The notes under the pieces were generated by a model, which was given only the letters and a program-made list of their open reading frames with translations, was not told the origin of the DNA and searched no databases. The position numbers were made by a program, and so were the translations under genes. A stretch of DNA of 64,000 nt from the NCBI GenBank assembly GCA_902806315.1, contig CADCWD010000055.1:62840-126839 (forward strand). The letters are read 5' to 3'. Position 1 is the stretch's first letter; each line of letters opens with the position of its first letter. The stretch comes from an uncultured Sphingosinicella sp. GTDB taxonomy: Bacteria; Pseudomonadota; Alphaproteobacteria; Sphingomonadales; Sphingomonadaceae. Shown here piece after piece: positions 1 through 9,092 of this stretch.

Positions 1-1036
1 CGACGACCGAGCGCCCGTTGCCGAACAAATCGTCTCGGCAGCCTTGCGTGCCCGTCGGAAGCGTCTGCGATGCCAGGCCGTAGGCGCAGTAGAAGCCTTC
101 GCTCGTGTCCCCGTTGCTGCCGTTGAACACCCAGAGCGGGCGCAGGATTGTCTCGACACTGGCCGGGCTTATGAAGCGCTGGCCGCGATGGCGACCGCGG
201 TTGAGCAGCAGCTGGCCGATCACCGCTAGGTCGATGGGAGACGCGCGGACGCCGCCTTGCGGCGAAAAGAGCGCGCCATTCGTGCCGAGCACATAGCCGC
301 CCAAGTTGCAGGTTGGGTTGTCGGTGAAGACGGGGCAATCGGGCTGCTTGCCGCCAAGGTCGTCGCGCGCCACGCTGCCGTCCGGGCGGTATAGCACCAC
401 GGCGCGGGCGAGGCGTGCATCGCTGCACGTCGTCCAGTTGAAGCAGGCATTGAGGGCGAGCGGCTTCATCACCAATCGGTCCATCAGTCGATCGAAGCGC
501 TCTCCGGTGGCGCGTTCCAGCACGGAGCCGATGATCGGGAAATTGAGGTTGGAATAGCGGAAATAGCTGCCGGGCGCGTGTTGAACATCGAAGCTTTTGG
601 CGTCCGTGGCCATAGGCTGCAGCGCCTTGCCGAGCGGAATGACGTAGTTGTCGCCTTCGTCCTTGATGCTGGACGTGTGCGAAAGCAGCAGCCGGAGCGT
701 GATCGGCCGGTCCGGAAAGGCCGGGTTGCGCAGCTGCCAGCCGAGCCAGCGTGAGACGTCGCTGTCCAGGTCGAGCTTTCCCTGCTCGACCAGCCGCATC
801 ACGCCCAAAGCGACGAACAGCTTCGACACGGACGCGATGCGAACGGGATCCTCGGCCGTGAGCGCGCGGCCGGTCCCGCGGTCGGCGATGCCAGCGGCGC
901 CGCTGCTGCGGATTCGGTTCGCGTCGAAGCTTGCCCAGGCATAGGCCGCGCCCTGCTGTTGTGGCGCGAATTCGGCCATGGGGGCCGTCACGCAAGCGGC
1001 GAGGGCAAGGGCGAGGAGGGGCGTAAGCAAGCGCAT
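1..1036 (-). CDS. beta-lactamase-fold serine hydrolase, probable lipoprotein (3' end outside window)
   Basis: Hand translation of the minus strand from ATG 1036..1034 gives MRLLTPLLALALAAC (signal peptide with lipobox Cys), then SVSK (SxxK) and YSN (YxN) motifs. The frame stays open to the window edge, so it is absent from the ORF track. Confidence 0.7.
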   Translation of the reverse strand, partial: MRLLTPLLALALAACVTAPMAEFAPQQQGAAYAWASFDANRIRSSGAAGIADRGTGRALTAEDPVRIASVSKLFVALGVMRLVEQGKLDLDSDVSRWLGWQLRNPAFPDRPITLRLLLSHTSSIKDEGDNYVIPLGKALQPMATDAKSFDVQHAPGSYFRYSNLNFPIIGSVLERATGERFDRLMDRLVMKPLALNACFNWTTCSDARLARAVVLYRPDGSVARDDLGGKQPDCPVFTDNPTCNLGGYVLGTNGALFSPQGGVRASPIDLAVIGQLLLNRGRHRGQRFISPASVETILRPLWVFNGSNGDTSEGFYCAYGLASQTLPTGTQGCRDDLFGNGRSVV

Positions 1037-1212
1037 GCGAAGAGGACTAACGGGTCCGGGGGCGGCAAGGGAAGTGCCAGCGAAGCCTCTCCCATGTCGT
1101 TTGCGGGCGCAGATGAGCGGATTGTCGAAAGATCATGGCAGATCCGGGACTTAGGCCTAAACTTCCTACTGCCTCCCGACTCACGGGGGGTGGCATCGAT
1201 AAAGGGGATGAC

Positions 1213-3084
1213 ATGAAATTCACGACGGGGACGGCCATGGCCGCCGTGCTGGCGCTGCTGGGTACCACCGCCGCGCAGGCGCAGAACAAGAAGCTCATCG
1301 AAAAGGCGTCGGACGTGCCGCCGGTAGTGATCGAGCTTGCCAAAAAGCCGAGCGAATTGGCGGTCGAGGGCGGCGCCGGGTTCGAAAGCGTGAAGGACAA
1401 GGTCGAGGCGCACGCGACAAGCCTGCTGACCGACTATGAGATCCGCGACAAGGCGACCGAGAAGCAGGTTCGCTCCGTGTTGCTGCAGATCGCGATGACC
1501 GAGAATCGCTGGGCCGACGCGCTGAAGTTGATGGAGGAGATCCGCGCTCTCGAAGACAAGCCTGCCGCCAAGGCGATGGCCGGTCTCGTCAGCGGCGCCT
1601 ATGCCCGCGCCGCAATGGCCGTCGGTGAGGACAATCCCAAGTTCCGCGACACCTTCAGGGCAGAGCTGCAGAAGTCGGTATCGGCGATCGATTGGACGGT
1701 GGCGCAGGATCCGCTCCAGGCCATGCGCGGCCAATATCAGCTGATGAGCAAGGAGGTGCTGATCGGCAGCCTCCAGGGCGCGTTCGATGCCAATGCGGCC
1801 GCGCAGCAGATGAAGGTCGGCTTCGGCATGGGGGCGGGCGTGGTCGGCTCGCGCATGGCGCTGACCGAGATCGTGCCGCTCAAGGACACGATCTTCGAAG
1901 TGCTCGATGCGCGCGTGAAGGCGGAATCCTCGGCCCAGAAGGAGGATCTCTGGACCAAGCGCCTCGTCAATCTGACGCCCGCAGAGGTGAAGAAGCCGGT
2001 GACGATCGCGATCTGGGACGGCGGCTTCGACCCGAAGGTGTTCGGCAAGCAATTGTGGAAGAACGGGCGCGAGGTCGCGAACGGCAAGGACGATGACGGC
2101 AACGGCCATGTCGACGACATTCACGGCATCGCCTTCGACACCGACTGGAAGCGCTCCACCGGCGCGCTCAGGCCGATGCCCGCCGAAGACCTGCAGAACA
2201 TGGAAGCCACGCTGAAGCTGGTGAAGGGTTCGCTGGACATGCAAGCGGCGGTGGACAGTCCGGAAGCCGGCGCGCTTCGCCAGAAGATCAGTACGCTCAA
2301 GGCTGCCGAGGTGATGCCGTTCCAGCTGCAAATGGGACGCGTTGGCCTCTATCTGCACGGCACCGCGACCGGCTTCACATCCGGAGAGGGCAATCCCGGA
2401 GCGCAGCTGATGCATGCCCGCTTCGACGCCAAGGTGCAGGCGGTGGCCCAGCCGATGGACGAAAAGGTCGCCGCCAACATCGCTCAGTATGTCCGTGACT
2501 CGGTCGATTACTACAAGAAGAACGGCGCCCGCGTTGTGAACATGAGCTGGCGCATCACCGAACCGCAGATCGCCGGGTCGCTGGCTAGCGTGGAGCCCGA
2601 CCCCGTCAAGCGGAAGGAGCGGGCGAAGGGCATCTTCGATATCGTCAACAAGTCGCTCGAGGACAGCTTCCGCAGTGCGCCGGGCATCCTGTTCGTGGCG
2701 GGGGCCGGTAACGAGGATGAGGACGTGGATTTCGTCCGCAGCTTCCCCGCCGGACTCAACCTGCCGAATGTGATCACGGTGGGCGCGGTCGATGTGGCGC
2801 TGCAGCCGGCGGGCTTCACAAGCTACGGCAAGTCGATCGACGTCTATGCGAACGGCTTCGAAGTGCCGAGCAAGGTGCCGGGCGGGATGCCGATCAACAT
2901 TTCGGGCACGTCCTTGTCTGCGCCGCAGGTCACCAACCTTGCCGGCAAGATCCTTGCGGTGAATCCGAAGCTGAACGTCACGCAGGTGCGGGCGATCATC
3001 GAGGAGACGGCGACCGTCGAAGGTCCGCGCAAGCTCAAGGTGATCAACCCGGTCGCCGCGCTGGAGCGCGCCCGCCGCTCCTGA
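1213..3084 (+). CDS. secreted S8 family (subtilisin-like) serine peptidase
   Basis: In frame within ORF 1135..3084. ATG 1213 gives the signal peptide MKFTTGTAMAAVLALLGTTAAQAQ. Catalytic contexts: IAIWDGGFD (Asp), HGTATG (His), GTSLSAPQV (Ser). Confidence 0.9.
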   Translation: MKFTTGTAMAAVLALLGTTAAQAQNKKLIEKASDVPPVVIELAKKPSELAVEGGAGFESVKDKVEAHATSLLTDYEIRDKATEKQVRSVLLQIAMTENRWADALKLMEEIRALEDKPAAKAMAGLVSGAYARAAMAVGEDNPKFRDTFRAELQKSVSAIDWTVAQDPLQAMRGQYQLMSKEVLIGSLQGAFDANAAAQQMKVGFGMGAGVVGSRMALTEIVPLKDTIFEVLDARVKAESSAQKEDLWTKRLVNLTPAEVKKPVTIAIWDGGFDPKVFGKQLWKNGREVANGKDDDGNGHVDDIHGIAFDTDWKRSTGALRPMPAEDLQNMEATLKLVKGSLDMQAAVDSPEAGALRQKISTLKAAEVMPFQLQMGRVGLYLHGTATGFTSGEGNPGAQLMHARFDAKVQAVAQPMDEKVAANIAQYVRDSVDYYKKNGARVVNMSWRITEPQIAGSLASVEPDPVKRKERAKGIFDIVNKSLEDSFRSAPGILFVAGAGNEDEDVDFVRSFPAGLNLPNVITVGAVDVALQPAGFTSYGKSIDVYANGFEVPSKVPGGMPINISGTSLSAPQVTNLAGKILAVNPKLNVTQVRAIIEETATVEGPRKLKVINPVAALERARRS

Positions 3085-3100
3085 TCTGAAGGCGTGCGAG

Positions 3101-3140
3101 AAGCTCCGCGGCGGATGCACCGCTGCGGAGCTTTTCTTTT
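3101..3140 (+). terminator. rho-independent terminator after the S8 peptidase gene
   Basis: 14-bp stem aagctccgcggcgg/ccgctgcggagctt (one G-U pair), 5-nt loop, then ttcttttg. It starts 17 nt after the stop codon. Confidence 0.7.
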
Positions 3141-3190
3141 GTCCTTGAAGCGCTTGCCGTTAGCGGCCGCTTTCGTCCAAGAGGGCGCCG

Positions 3191-4669
3191 GTGGGCGTTC
3201 AAATCGACATTGGGCAGGATGGCTCGGCTCCGGTCGGAGTCGACCTGGAGGAGCTGCTGGCGACGCGCCTGCTCGTCCAGGGCAATAGCGGATCGGGCAA
3301 GTCGCATTTGCTCCGGCGGCTGCTCGAAGGCAGCGCCGAGCATGTCCAGCAGATCATCATCGACCCCGAAGGCGACTTCGTTTCCTTGGGCGAGGTGTTC
3401 GGCCATGTCGCGATCGAGGCGAGCGCCTACAGCACTATCGAGATCGCGCGGATGGCGGAGCGGATTCGGGAGCATCGCGCTTCGGTGGTGCTGAGCCTGG
3501 AAGGGCTGGAGCTGGAGGCGCAGATGCGCTGCGCCGCGGCCTTTCTCTCGGCCTTGTTCGATGCGCCGCGCGAGCATTGGTATCCCGCGATCGTGGTGGT
3601 GGACGAGGCGCAGGTGTTCGCGCCCGCCGTTGCCGGCGAGGTCAGCGACGAGGCGCGCCGCGCCTCGCTGGGCGCGATGACCAACCTCATGTGCCGCGGC
3701 CGCAAGCGCGGGCTCGCCGGGCTGATCGCGACGCAGCGGCTGGCGAAGCTTGCCAAGAACGTCGCGGCGGAAGCGTCCAACTTCCTGATGGGCCGCACTT
3801 TTCTCGACATCGACATGGCCCGTGCCGCCGATTTGCTCGGCATGGAGCGGCGGCAGGCGGACGTGATCCGTGATCTGGAGCGGGGGCAGTTCCTGGCCCT
3901 GGGGCCGGCAATCACGCGGCGACCGATCAAGGTGCGGATCGGGGCGGTGCGCACCGAGGCGCGGAGCGCGAGCCCCAAGCTTGTGCCGCTGCCGAGCCGC
4001 GAGCCGGTGGACATGGCCGCCCTTCTCCATGCCCCGAGTGAAGAGGCGCCGCGGCCAGCGCCTCCGCCGCCCGCTCCGCGCCCGGCCGAGGAGGTGATCC
4101 GGATCATCGACACGACGAGGCCCGCTTTGCCCGCCGAGCCTTCGCTCAGCGGCGAGGAGCGGGAGGCGGTGGTCGCCGGCGCACTGGCCGAGATCCTCGC
4201 CGAGCCGAACGCGGCCTTCCAGCCGGCGGCGTCGCTCTACCAGGATTTCCTGCTTCGCTGCCGGATGCGGGGTCTTGCGAGCGCGGCGCTCGACCTTGCC
4301 GGCTTCCGCCGGCGGTTGGCGATGGCGCAGGCGGGCGTCGACGATGCGCCGGACTGGGAGGAGGCGCTGGCGATCGGCGCGGCGCTGCCCGACGAGATGT
4401 TGGCGCCGTTCCTGATGCTCGCGAAGGCTGCGCGCGACGGCGCCGAATGTCCGGCCGATGCTGCGATGGCCGAGGCTTATGGCACGAGTTCGCTCGGGCG
4501 AGTGCGGCGGCTGCTGTCCTACATGGAGGAGCAGGGGATCCTCGTGTCCCGCATTGATCTGGGCGGGAAGCGCTCAATCTCGCTGCCGCATCTCGGCTGG
4601 ACGACGGCACCGGCATTTCCGGACCCCGAACAGCCCTCGCGCCTCGCCCGTCCAGCGCGGCGGCGCTGA
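3191..4669 (+). CDS. HerA/FtsK-like P-loop ATPase (DUF87-type) with Pro-rich linker and C-terminal helical domain
   Basis: ORF 3191..4669 with GTG start. Walker A GNSGSGKSH, IIIDPEGDF, Walker B VVVDEAQVF, and RGRKRGLAGLIATQR. These are followed by a PAPPPPAPRP linker and a C-terminal region of about 190 aa. Confidence 0.8.
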   Translation: MGVQIDIGQDGSAPVGVDLEELLATRLLVQGNSGSGKSHLLRRLLEGSAEHVQQIIIDPEGDFVSLGEVFGHVAIEASAYSTIEIARMAERIREHRASVVLSLEGLELEAQMRCAAAFLSALFDAPREHWYPAIVVVDEAQVFAPAVAGEVSDEARRASLGAMTNLMCRGRKRGLAGLIATQRLAKLAKNVAAEASNFLMGRTFLDIDMARAADLLGMERRQADVIRDLERGQFLALGPAITRRPIKVRIGAVRTEARSASPKLVPLPSREPVDMAALLHAPSEEAPRPAPPPPAPRPAEEVIRIIDTTRPALPAEPSLSGEEREAVVAGALAEILAEPNAAFQPAASLYQDFLLRCRMRGLASAALDLAGFRRRLAMAQAGVDDAPDWEEALAIGAALPDEMLAPFLMLAKAARDGAECPADAAMAEAYGTSSLGRVRRLLSYMEEQGILVSRIDLGGKRSISLPHLGWTTAPAFPDPEQPSRLARPARRR

Positions 4670-7600
4670 TCAGGCCGCGAGGCTCTCCAGCAAAGTCCGA
4701 AGCCGCTCCAGCCGCTCCGCTTCGTCCTCGATGCGCTCCTTGAGGAGCAGCCTTGTGCCCTTAAGTTCCAGACCTAGAGCGTCGCCGGTGAAGTCGCGCC
4801 GCGGCGTCAGCGCGATCGCTGCCGGGCCGGCGTCGATGCGCGCGATGCGGGCTTCGCGGGCAAGCTGGCGGATGCGGGCGATGGCGACGAGGGTCAGCGC
4901 TTCCGGTGGCAAGGTGCCGAAGCGGTCCTCGAGCTCGTCGGCCCAGGCGTCGAGCTCGGCGCCCGAAGCCAGGCGCGCGAGACGAACGTAGAGGTTGATC
5001 CGGACCTCCTCTTCCGGGATCCAGCTTTCGGGGAGACGTCCGCCGGCGCCGAGGTGGAGCTCGGGCATCCACTCGTCCACCTCTTCGCCGCGGGCGACGC
5101 GCAACGCCTGTTCGAGCAGGTGCTGGTAAAGGCCGAGGCCGATGAGTTTCATGTGGCCGGCTTGAGCTTCGCCGAGGATGTCGCCGGCGCCGCGCAGGTC
5201 GAGGTCGCGGGCGCTGATCGCGAAGCCGGCGCCGAGCTGGTCGAGTGCTTCCAGGGTGCGCAGGCGTTTCAGCGTGGCCGGGGCGATGTTCGCGTCCGCC
5301 TCGGTGAGGAGGAGCAGGTTTCCGCGAACGCGGCCGCGGCCGACGCGGCCCCGAAGCTGATGGAGCTGGGCGAGGCCGAAGCGGTCAGCGCGGCAGATCA
5401 GCATCGTGTTGGCGCGCGGGATGTCGAGCCCGGCTTCGATGATGTTGGTGGCGAGCAGGATGTCGCCGTCGCCGGACGCGAAGCGGATCATCTCCTCGTC
5501 GATCTCGGCGGCAGGCATCTTGCCGTGGGCCTGGCGGATGCTGAGATCGGGGACGAGCGCGCGCAGCTTGTCCGCCATCGGCGCCATGTCCTCGATCCGC
5601 GGCACGACCACGAAGCTCTGGCCGCCGCGCTTCTTCTCGCGGAGGAGAGCGGGGCGGACACGTTCGGGCGCCCAACTGGCGACGCTGGTGCGGATGGGGA
5701 GGCGGCGGGCGGGCGGCGTGGTGATGAGCGACAGGCCCTGAAGGCCGACGAGGGCGGTCTGCAGCGTGCGCGGGATTGGCGTGGCGGTCAGCGTCAGCAC
5801 ATGGGCGTCGTCGGCGAGCGCGCGCAGCTTCGCCTTGTCGGCGGCGCCGAAACGCTGCTCCTCGTCGATCACGACGAGCGCAAGGTCCTGGTAGACCACG
5901 CCCTTGCCAGCGACCATCTGGGTGCCGATCACCACCCGGATCGAGCCGTCGGCAAGGCCCTTCTTCACCTGGCGCGCCTCCGCGGGCGAGGAGAGGCGGG
6001 AGAGGCCCGCGACCTCGATCTTAAGCCGCTCGAAGCGGCGGCGGAAGGTCTCGATATGCTGGCGAACGAGCACGGTGGTGGGAGCGACGATCGCGACCTG
6101 CTTGCCAGCGAGGGCGGCCAGGGCGGCCGCCCGCAGCGCGACCTCGGTCTTGCCGTAGCCGACATCGCCGACGACCAGCCGGTCCATCGGCTTGCCGGAA
6201 GCGAGGTCATCCCGCACCGCCTGAATGGCGCGGACCTGGTCGGCGGTCTCGCTGTAGGGAAATCCGGCCGAGAAGCGCTCATAGTCGCGCACCGAAGGTT
6301 CAAGCACGGGCGCGGTGCGCTCGGCGCGCTCGGCGGCAAGGGCGACGAGCTGGCGCGCGGTCTCGGCGATCGTCTCGTTAATCTCGGCGCGGCGCTTCTC
6401 CCAGCTCGAGCCATTGAGCCGGTCGAGCGAGACGGCGTCGGCATCGGCGCCGTAGCGCCACAGCCGGTCGGCCTCCTCGACGGGGACCAGCCGTTGCGTC
6501 TCGCCAGCATATTCGAGGCGGATTGCATCGCTCTCCGCATCGCCGGTGGTGACGGTCTCGATGCCGCGCAGCACGCCCAGGCCATGATCCTCGTGGATGA
6601 CGGCGTCGCCGATGTGGAAGTCGGCGACATGCTGCTCGAGCGGATTGGCGGCGGGTCCGGCGGCGGCATGAGCGCGCGCGCCCAGGATGTCGGCGGTGGC
6701 GACGACCATCAGGCCCGGCTCGGTCCAGCCGCGCTCCAGCTCGGCTTCGACGGCGAGCAGGGCGCCCGGCTCGGCGCGGGCGATGTCGACCCAGCGCTCG
6801 ATCTGGCGAGGGGCCTCGCCCAGCCGGCGCTCCATTCGGCACGCAACGAAGCGAATGTCCCTCGCCGAGCCCGCGATCACGAACCGGTCGCCGCGCCCGC
6901 GCGCTTCTTCCAGCGCCTCGGCGAAGGCTCGCCCGGGGTTCTTCCTCTGGACGAAGCGTTTTCCGGGCTGCTCCGACGTTTCGGTGAGGTCGATCCGCGT
7001 CCGCCCCTTGAGAGCGTCGCGCCAATGAGCGCCGGCCGCGAGCTTCTTCTTGGCCGCGGGATCTTCCGCCAGTTCGACGAAGCGGTCGCGCCGTTCCTCG
7101 GCTTCGGGGTCGAGCGCGACGGCGGCGCCGGGCAGGTGATCGAAGAGAGTGGCGCCCGCTTCGCCGCTCTCCGGCTCGGCGGCCGGGCAGAGTTCAAGCA
7201 GCTTGAGCGCGTCCTCGCCGCCCAGCTGGGTGACGGGGTCGTAGACGTCGATCCGCTCGACATGATGGTCGTCGAGATGGATGCGGACCGGCATGTCGGC
7301 GCTGGCCGGGAAGAGATCGATCGCGCCCCCGCGGATCGCGAACTCCCCTGGCTCGTCGACGCGTTCGTCCGCGAAATAGCCGATCGCCTCCAGCTCAGCG
7401 GGAAGGGCTTCGCTGTCGATGGCGTCGCCGGGGCGGAATGCCAGCATCGTGGCGGCGAACGCGCCGGGCGGCGGCAGTTTCTGGGCCGCCGAAGCGGCAT
7501 CGGTGATGAAGAGCACCCGGCGATCACCGCGGTGGTGGAGCGCTGCCAAGGCACCGAACCTCTTGCCCGCAACGGCGGGGGAAGAGGGGACGGGCTCGCC

Positions 7601-7837
7601 CGGCAGGACATCCGGCGGCGGGCACCAGAGGACGAGCGCGTCGGTCAGCGATGCCGCCGCGTTGGCGAGCGCTTCGCCGCGCTGCTCGGTCGAGGCGATC
7701 ATCAGGACATCGTCATTCTCAACGGCGGCAAGGAGCCGCGCCAGCGTCGGCCCGATCGCCGCGTCGCGCGGCTCGGGCGCGACCTGAGGCTCCCGATCGG
7801 CGTCGGCGGCGCGATCGGGCGCGGTGTCTGCAAGCAT
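4670..7837 (-). CDS. mfd: transcription-repair coupling factor
   Basis: ORF 4670..7924. Motifs GDVGYGKTEVALRAA, VIDEEQRFG and TATPIPRTL, with a superfamily-2 helicase C-terminal half. I prefer the ATG at 7837 (MLADTAP) over the upstream TTG at 7924. Confidence 0.93.
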   Translation of the reverse strand: MLADTAPDRAADADREPQVAPEPRDAAIGPTLARLLAAVENDDVLMIASTEQRGEALANAAASLTDALVLWCPPPDVLPGEPVPSSPAVAGKRFGALAALHHRGDRRVLFITDAASAAQKLPPPGAFAATMLAFRPGDAIDSEALPAELEAIGYFADERVDEPGEFAIRGGAIDLFPASADMPVRIHLDDHHVERIDVYDPVTQLGGEDALKLLELCPAAEPESGEAGATLFDHLPGAAVALDPEAEERRDRFVELAEDPAAKKKLAAGAHWRDALKGRTRIDLTETSEQPGKRFVQRKNPGRAFAEALEEARGRGDRFVIAGSARDIRFVACRMERRLGEAPRQIERWVDIARAEPGALLAVEAELERGWTEPGLMVVATADILGARAHAAAGPAANPLEQHVADFHIGDAVIHEDHGLGVLRGIETVTTGDAESDAIRLEYAGETQRLVPVEEADRLWRYGADADAVSLDRLNGSSWEKRRAEINETIAETARQLVALAAERAERTAPVLEPSVRDYERFSAGFPYSETADQVRAIQAVRDDLASGKPMDRLVVGDVGYGKTEVALRAAALAALAGKQVAIVAPTTVLVRQHIETFRRRFERLKIEVAGLSRLSSPAEARQVKKGLADGSIRVVIGTQMVAGKGVVYQDLALVVIDEEQRFGAADKAKLRALADDAHVLTLTATPIPRTLQTALVGLQGLSLITTPPARRLPIRTSVASWAPERVRPALLREKKRGGQSFVVVPRIEDMAPMADKLRALVPDLSIRQAHGKMPAAEIDEEMIRFASGDGDILLATNIIEAGLDIPRANTMLICRADRFGLAQLHQLRGRVGRGRVRGNLLLLTEADANIAPATLKRLRTLEALDQLGAGFAISARDLDLRGAGDILGEAQAGHMKLIGLGLYQHLLEQALRVARGEEVDEWMPELHLGAGGRLPESWIPEEEVRINLYVRLARLASGAELDAWADELEDRFGTLPPEALTLVAIARIRQLAREARIARIDAGPAAIALTPRRDFTGDALGLELKGTRLLLKERIEDEAERLERLRTLLESLAA

Positions 7838-7879
7838 GGCTGAGGTCTGTCCTGGCAAGAGCTTCCCAAACCCGCATCG

Positions 7880-9091
7880 ATGCGCGGCGTTCCGGGAGCC
7901 CCGAAAATCGGCAGCCGGAACCAATCGGTTCGGTGGCGGTTCGATTTCGCTCTAGGCCGGGCTCAGGAGGAAGCGCTGAAGTTCGCGATTTTCGGTCTGA
8001 CGGTCAGCTCATCCTGGGGGAACGGACATGCCACCTTGTGGCGGGGCCTTATCCGCGCGCTGACGGCGCAGGGACATGAGGTCGTCTTCTTCGAACGCGA
8101 CGTTCCTTATTATGCCGGCGCCCGCGATCTTCACCAGCTGGGCGAGGGCGCAGAGCTCATCCTCTACCCGGATTGGGAGAGCGTGCGCGCGCGTGCGCTT
8201 GCAGAGGCGCGGCGGGCGGACGTGGCGATGGTCACCTCCTATTGCCCGGATGCGATCCCCGCGTCCGATCTCATCCTGGAGGAAGCGCCGGGCCTAGCGC
8301 TATTCTACGACCTCGACACGCCGGTGACGCTGGCGAGGCTGAGCGCGGGCGAGGGTGTTTCTTACATCCCTGCGGGCGGGCTGGGCGATTTCGATCTGGT
8401 GCTGAGCTATACGGGCGGCGAGGCGCTGAAGGCGCTGAAGAGCCGGCTCGGCGCGCGGCGGGTCGCTCCCCTCTACGGCCATGTCGATCCCGACCAGCAC
8501 AAGCCGGCCCAAGCGGACGAGACGTTCCGCGCCGACTTCTCCTATCTCGGCACCTATGCGGCCGACCGGCAGGCGGCGCTGGAAGCTTTGTTCATCGAGC
8601 CTGCACGGCTGCGGCCCGGGCAGCGCTTCGTGATCGGCGGCTCGGGCTATCCCGACGACTTCCCCTGGACGGACAACATCTTCTTCGTTCGCCACCTCCC
8701 GCCCGCCGACCACCCCAGCTTCTTCTGCTCCTCGCGGCTGACGCTCAACGTCACGAGGTCCGACATGGCGGCGATGGGCTATTGCCCGTCGGGCCGGCTG
8801 TTCGAGGCCGCGGCGTGCGGCGTGCCCGTGCTGAGCGACTGGTGGGAGGGGCTCGACAGCTTTTTCGAGCCGGGATCGGAGATCCTGATCGGCAAGAGCA
8901 CGGCCGATGCGGTGGCGGCGCTCGATCTCGATCCGGGCGAATCGGAGCGGCTCGCCCGCGCCGCGCGTGCGCGAGTGCTGGACGAGCATACGTCCGCGCA
9001 CCGGGCGCGCGAGCTTGTGCGGCTGCTTCAAACCTCGGAGGGCGAGCAGACACGCGGACGTTCCGAATCGATGCTGCTGGCAGGAGAGTGA
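7880..9091 (+). CDS. CgeB-like / DUF3880-type glycosyltransferase (GT1_2 family)
   Basis: ORF 7880..9091. The conserved core appears to begin at LKFAIFGLTVSSSWGNGHATLWRGL (nt 7976), which resembles the N-termini I recall for this family. The true start may be CTG 7976, which is preceded by aggagga. Confidence 0.75.
   Translation: MRGVPGAPKIGSRNQSVRWRFDFALGRAQEEALKFAIFGLTVSSSWGNGHATLWRGLIRALTAQGHEVVFFERDVPYYAGARDLHQLGEGAELILYPDWESVRARALAEARRADVAMVTSYCPDAIPASDLILEEAPGLALFYDLDTPVTLARLSAGEGVSYIPAGGLGDFDLVLSYTGGEALKALKSRLGARRVAPLYGHVDPDQHKPAQADETFRADFSYLGTYAADRQAALEALFIEPARLRPGQRFVIGGSGYPDDFPWTDNIFFVRHLPPADHPSFFCSSRLTLNVTRSDMAAMGYCPSGRLFEAAACGVPVLSDWWEGLDSFFEPGSEILIGKSTADAVAALDLDPGESERLARAARARVLDEHTSAHRARELVRLLQTSEGEQTRGRSESMLLAGE
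7917..7941 (+). promoter_or_regulatory. candidate EcfG-type (general stress) promoter, GGAAC-N16-GGTT
   Basis: GGAAC at 7917..7921, a 16-nt spacer, and GGTT at 7938..7941. It lies about 35 nt upstream of the SD aggagga (7965..7971) and CTG 7976. The -10 element deviates from CGTT at its first base. Confidence 0.35.
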
Positions 9092-9092
9092 T

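Noticed and set aside
988-3120. 710-aa minus-strand ORF antisense to the S8 peptidase gene. Similar long ORFs occur at 5054-7843 (+, antisense to mfd), 10199-11644 (+), 13291-14979 (-), 26784-27797 (-), 27926-29125 (-), 35349-36590 (+) and 57698-59806 (+).
   Set aside because: The translations are Arg/Ala/Gly/Pro/His-rich with no recognisable motifs. Each lies opposite a gene with clear family signatures. Long stop-free antisense frames are expected at this G+C content.
1213-4669. S8 protease plus ATPase as an IetAS-like two-gene defence system.
   Set aside because: The protease has an obvious Sec signal peptide. A strong rho-independent terminator (3101-3140) separates the two genes. The ATPase is HerA/FtsK-like rather than the AAA type I associate with IetA. 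Its oddities are kept in the ATPase finding.
7838-7924. N-terminal extension of Mfd to the TTG at 7924.
   Set aside because: The extension (MVPAADFRGSRNAAHRCGFGKLLPGQTSA) has no Mfd-like features and would overlap the divergent promoter region. ATG 7837 is the more plausible start, although this is not proven.
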